DNA of 64,000 nt from an uncultured Methylomirabilota bacterium (GTDB lineage Bacteria > Methylomirabilota > Methylomirabilia > Methylomirabilales > 2-02-FULL-66-22), in NCBI GenBank assembly GCA_963705305.1, contig OY970067.1:2112001-2176000 (forward strand). The letters run 5' to 3'. The translations under genes and the position numbers were made by a program. The notes beneath the pieces are model-generated. The model had not been told where the DNA came from, made no database searches, and was given only the letters and a program-made list of their open reading frames with translations. Below, in pieces: positions 61,617-64,000 of the stretch; positions within the stretch are counted from its first letter, which is position 1, and each line of letters begins with the position of its first letter.

Positions 61617-61645
61617 TTGACAGGCGTGCCGGGCTGGTATGTAAT
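61617..61645 (+). promoter_or_regulatory. Putative sigma70 promoter for the SDR genes
   Basis: TTGACA, 17 nt spacer, TGTAAT. Confidence 0.5.
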
Positions 61646-61691
61646 CGCTTCGCCTTCTGGTACCCTCGAAGAGACGGACAAGGAGTGCGTC

Positions 61692-62456
61692 ATGAGTCTT
61701 GCTGGGCGGGTGGCAGTCGTCACGGGTGTGACGAGCGAGATCGGCTGTGCGACGGCGTTGCGACTGGCGGCCGACGGGGCCGCCGTGGCGGTCACAGGCC
61801 AGACCGCCGCCAAGCTGGAAACGGTCATCGCAGACCTGCGGAAGGCGGGCGCCACGTTTCATGCCAAAGCGCTTGACCTGTCGAGGGCCGAGACGGTGGA
61901 CGCGTTTTTCGGGGAGGTGGCACAAACGCTCGGGCCGGTAGACATCCTCGTGAACGCCGCGGCCTGGCGGCAGCGCCAGCACTTTCTGGAGACCTCGCAC
62001 GCCGACTGGCGGCGGACGTTCGAGGTGTGCGTGGACAGCTACTTCCTCTGCAGCCAGGCGGCGGCCAGGCAAATGGCCCTGCGAAAATGGGGACGGATCA
62101 TCCACATCGGCTCGATTGCGGGCTCGGTGCTCATGGTTCCCTTCACGGCCTACACGGCTGCCAAAGGCGCAGTCCACGCGCTGGCGAAGGCCATGGCCGT
62201 GGATCTGGCCCCCCTGGGCATCACGGTGAACGTCGTCGCCCCGGGGGTCGTGGAAACGCGATACACCCTGACCAACCTCACGCCGAAGCAGATCGAGAAG
62301 CGGATGGACAGGATTCCAACCGGGCGCCTGGCCTCGCCGGAGGACTGCGCCGCCGCCGTGGCCCACCTCGCCTCGCCCGACATGGGCTACGTCACGGGCC
62401 AGGTTCTCTACGTGGACGGCGGCTTCCTGAGCGCGGGCGTGATCGCCAGGGAGTGA
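61692..62456 (+). CDS. SDR family oxidoreductase (atypical cofactor motif)
   Basis: TGVTSEIG, VNAAA, YTAAK, VNVVAPG and YVTGQVLYVDGG. Confidence 0.88.
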   Translation: MSLAGRVAVVTGVTSEIGCATALRLAADGAAVAVTGQTAAKLETVIADLRKAGATFHAKALDLSRAETVDAFFGEVAQTLGPVDILVNAAAWRQRQHFLETSHADWRRTFEVCVDSYFLCSQAAARQMALRKWGRIIHIGSIAGSVLMVPFTAYTAAKGAVHALAKAMAVDLAPLGITVNVVAPGVVETRYTLTNLTPKQIEKRMDRIPTGRLASPEDCAAAVAHLASPDMGYVTGQVLYVDGGFLSAGVIARE

Positions 62457-62469
62457 CGGGAATGGAAAA

Positions 62470-62528
62470 CTGACAACCGACAATGAAAGACCGGTCAATT
62501 GGGTTGGTCGGTTGTCAGATGTCGGTTG
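62470..62528. repeat. 12-bp inverted repeat built from heptamer units
   Basis: CTGACAACCGAC (62470-62481) / GTCGGTTGTCAG (62507-62518), plus an extra unit. Confidence 0.7.
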
Positions 62529-62579
62529 CCCGTACTTCATTGTGGCATGTCGTACTGGAGGGGAGAGGAGGACTTTCGC

Positions 62580-63329
62580 ATGGAGTTCGCGGGACAGACG
62601 GCGATCGTGACAGGAGTTGCCCGGGGATTTGGGCGGGCCATCGTGCGGCGGCTGGCGCGCGGGGGCGCCCGGGTGGTGGCGGCGGACATCAACCTGCCCG
62701 GCGCCGAGGAGACGGTGGCCCTGACCAAGAAAGACGGCGGCGAGGCGACGGCGGTGAAGGTGGATGTGGCCTCGGCAGTATCCGTGGATGCCCTGCTCAA
62801 AGAAGCCCTGGCCCGGTATGGGAACCGGGTGGACGTCCTGGTCAACAACGCCGGGATCTGGAAGCTGGTTCCGACGGAGGAGACCAGCGAGGAGGAATGG
62901 GACCGGATCGTCAACGTGAACATGAAGGGGACGTTCCTGTGCTGCCGGGCCGTCATTCCCGTCATGCGGAAGCAGGGCCGCGGCCACATCGTCAATATCG
63001 CCTCCATTGCGGCGCGGAACGGCGGCACCATGGCCGGCATCCACTACGTGGCCTCCAAGGGCGGCGTCCTGGCCATGACCAAGAAGCTGGCCAAGGAGCT
63101 GGGGCAGTACGGCATCGTGGTCAACGGCCTGAACCCCGGCACCAGCGGAACGGAGATGACGAGGGACTGGCCGGCCAGTGTCATGGAGGGGATCGCCAAG
63201 AACACGCCGCTGGGCCGTCTGGTGGAGCCAGAGGATATCGCCGACGTGGCGGCCTTCCTGGCGTCGGATGCCGCCCGCTTCGTGCACGGCGAGACGGTGG
63301 AGGTGAACGGCGGCATCCTCTGCGACTGA
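62580..63329 (+). CDS. SDR family oxidoreductase (FabG-like)
   Basis: TGVARGFG, VNNAG, YVASK and GETVEVNGG. Confidence 0.92.
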   Translation: MEFAGQTAIVTGVARGFGRAIVRRLARGGARVVAADINLPGAEETVALTKKDGGEATAVKVDVASAVSVDALLKEALARYGNRVDVLVNNAGIWKLVPTEETSEEEWDRIVNVNMKGTFLCCRAVIPVMRKQGRGHIVNIASIAARNGGTMAGIHYVASKGGVLAMTKKLAKELGQYGIVVNGLNPGTSGTEMTRDWPASVMEGIAKNTPLGRLVEPEDIADVAAFLASDAARFVHGETVEVNGGILCD

Positions 63330-63340
63330 GAACCAAGAAC

Positions 63341-63799
63341 GATCCGCAGATTACGCAGATCGCGCAGATAGTGCCGAGGTATCTCAGATGCGAGGCTCCG
63401 AGGATGATCGCAGAACCTTCGCCATCATTGGTGCCGCCATGGAGTATCATCGCATTCTGGGGCCGGGATTCCTGGAGGCAGTTTACCGGGAGGCATTCAG
63501 CAAGGAGCTCCTGCGCCGAGAGATCCCGTTTCGGGCTGAGGTGGAACTGCCCGTCCATTACAAAGGCGAACGGCTGTCGACATCGTACCGGGCCGACTTC
63601 GTCTGCTTCGACTCGGTCATCGTGGAATTGAAGGCGCTTACGCAGGTGACCGGAGTGGAGGAGGCCCAGGTGCTCAACTATCTGAAAGCGACGGGATATA
63701 CAATCGGCCTCTTGATGAATTTCGGGGCGCGATCGCTGCAATACAAGCGCCTCATCTTCTCCCATAGAGAATCTGCGGGTTCTGCGTAATCTGCGGATC
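63341..63799. repeat. 19-bp perfect inverted repeats (9-mer units) flanking the GxxExxY gene
   Basis: GATCCGCAGATTACGCAGA (63341-63359) / TCTGCGTAATCTGCGGATC (63781-63799). Confidence 0.9.
63388..63789 (+). CDS. GxxExxY protein (PD-(D/E)XK nuclease-like)
   Basis: IIGAAMEYHRILGPGFLEAVY, YRADFV, IVELK, QVLNYLKAT and GLLMNFG. Confidence 0.92.
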   Translation: MRGSEDDRRTFAIIGAAMEYHRILGPGFLEAVYREAFSKELLRREIPFRAEVELPVHYKGERLSTSYRADFVCFDSVIVELKALTQVTGVEEAQVLNYLKATGYTIGLLMNFGARSLQYKRLIFSHRESAGSA

Positions 63800-63816
63800 C
63801 AGTTGAAGGAGTGGAT

Positions 63817-64000
63817 ATGGCGTGGCTGTTGATGCGGGGCGGGCACGTCTTTGATCCCGAGGATCGGGGCATCGCCGATATCTTGATCGTGGACGGGCGG
63901 ATCGCCGCGGTCGGGCCGAGTCTCGCCGTCCCGACCGGCATCGGCGACGGGGAGACCGTCGTGATCGCTGATCGGGTGGTGCTCCCAGGGCTGATCGACG
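63817..64000 (+). CDS. Amidohydrolase family protein (3' partial; isoaspartyl dipeptidase/dihydroorotase-like N-terminus)
   Basis: MAWLLMRGGHVFDPEDRGIADILIVDGRIAAVG...VVLPGLID; RBS AAGGAG; runs off the window. Confidence 0.75.
   Translation, partial: MAWLLMRGGHVFDPEDRGIADILIVDGRIAAVGPSLAVPTGIGDGETVVIADRVVLPGLID

Overview
High-GC bacterial chromosome window; the gene set and style suggest a Methylomirabilota/NC10-like or deltaproteobacteria-like organism (inference only). All protein-family calls come from motif recognition by eye; no database searches were run. Housekeeping blocks: TerC (partial); a TPP-riboswitch operon (NUDIX-thiS-thiG-thiE, then an NYN protein, threonine aldolase and a dipeptidase-like enzyme); hup, rarA, pyrE, pyrF; a PyrR-attenuated pyrR-B-C-carA-carB-pyrK-pyrD operon interrupted by a Phd/RelE toxin-antitoxin pair; uppP, nth and a malic enzyme. 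Less ordinary content: (1) a six-gene signalling cluster (HTH-REC regulator, DUF4388/PATAN-like and Roadblock-like proteins, and a Cache-HAMP membrane sensor with no output domain, kinase or GTPase) at 11.0-15.9 kb; (2) an intact 1959-bp insertion sequence with perfect 24-bp TIRs, a 9-bp target duplication and an unusual 605-aa Cys-rich transposase with an apparent DDD triad; (3) nested small repeats: five copies of a MITE-like element, self-inserting 39-nt hairpins, GGGTACCC hairpins, and heptamer/octamer runs that enter coding sequence; (4) a GxxExxY gene bracketed by a perfect 19-bp inverted repeat; (5) a DUF362/polyferredoxin/aldo-keto reductase cluster with Tat motifs; (6) an AOR-type electron-transfer module without a catalytic subunit; (7) a DUF1537 kinase/ABC/SAF-oxidoreductase catabolic cluster. 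No rRNA, tRNA or CRISPR array was recognised.
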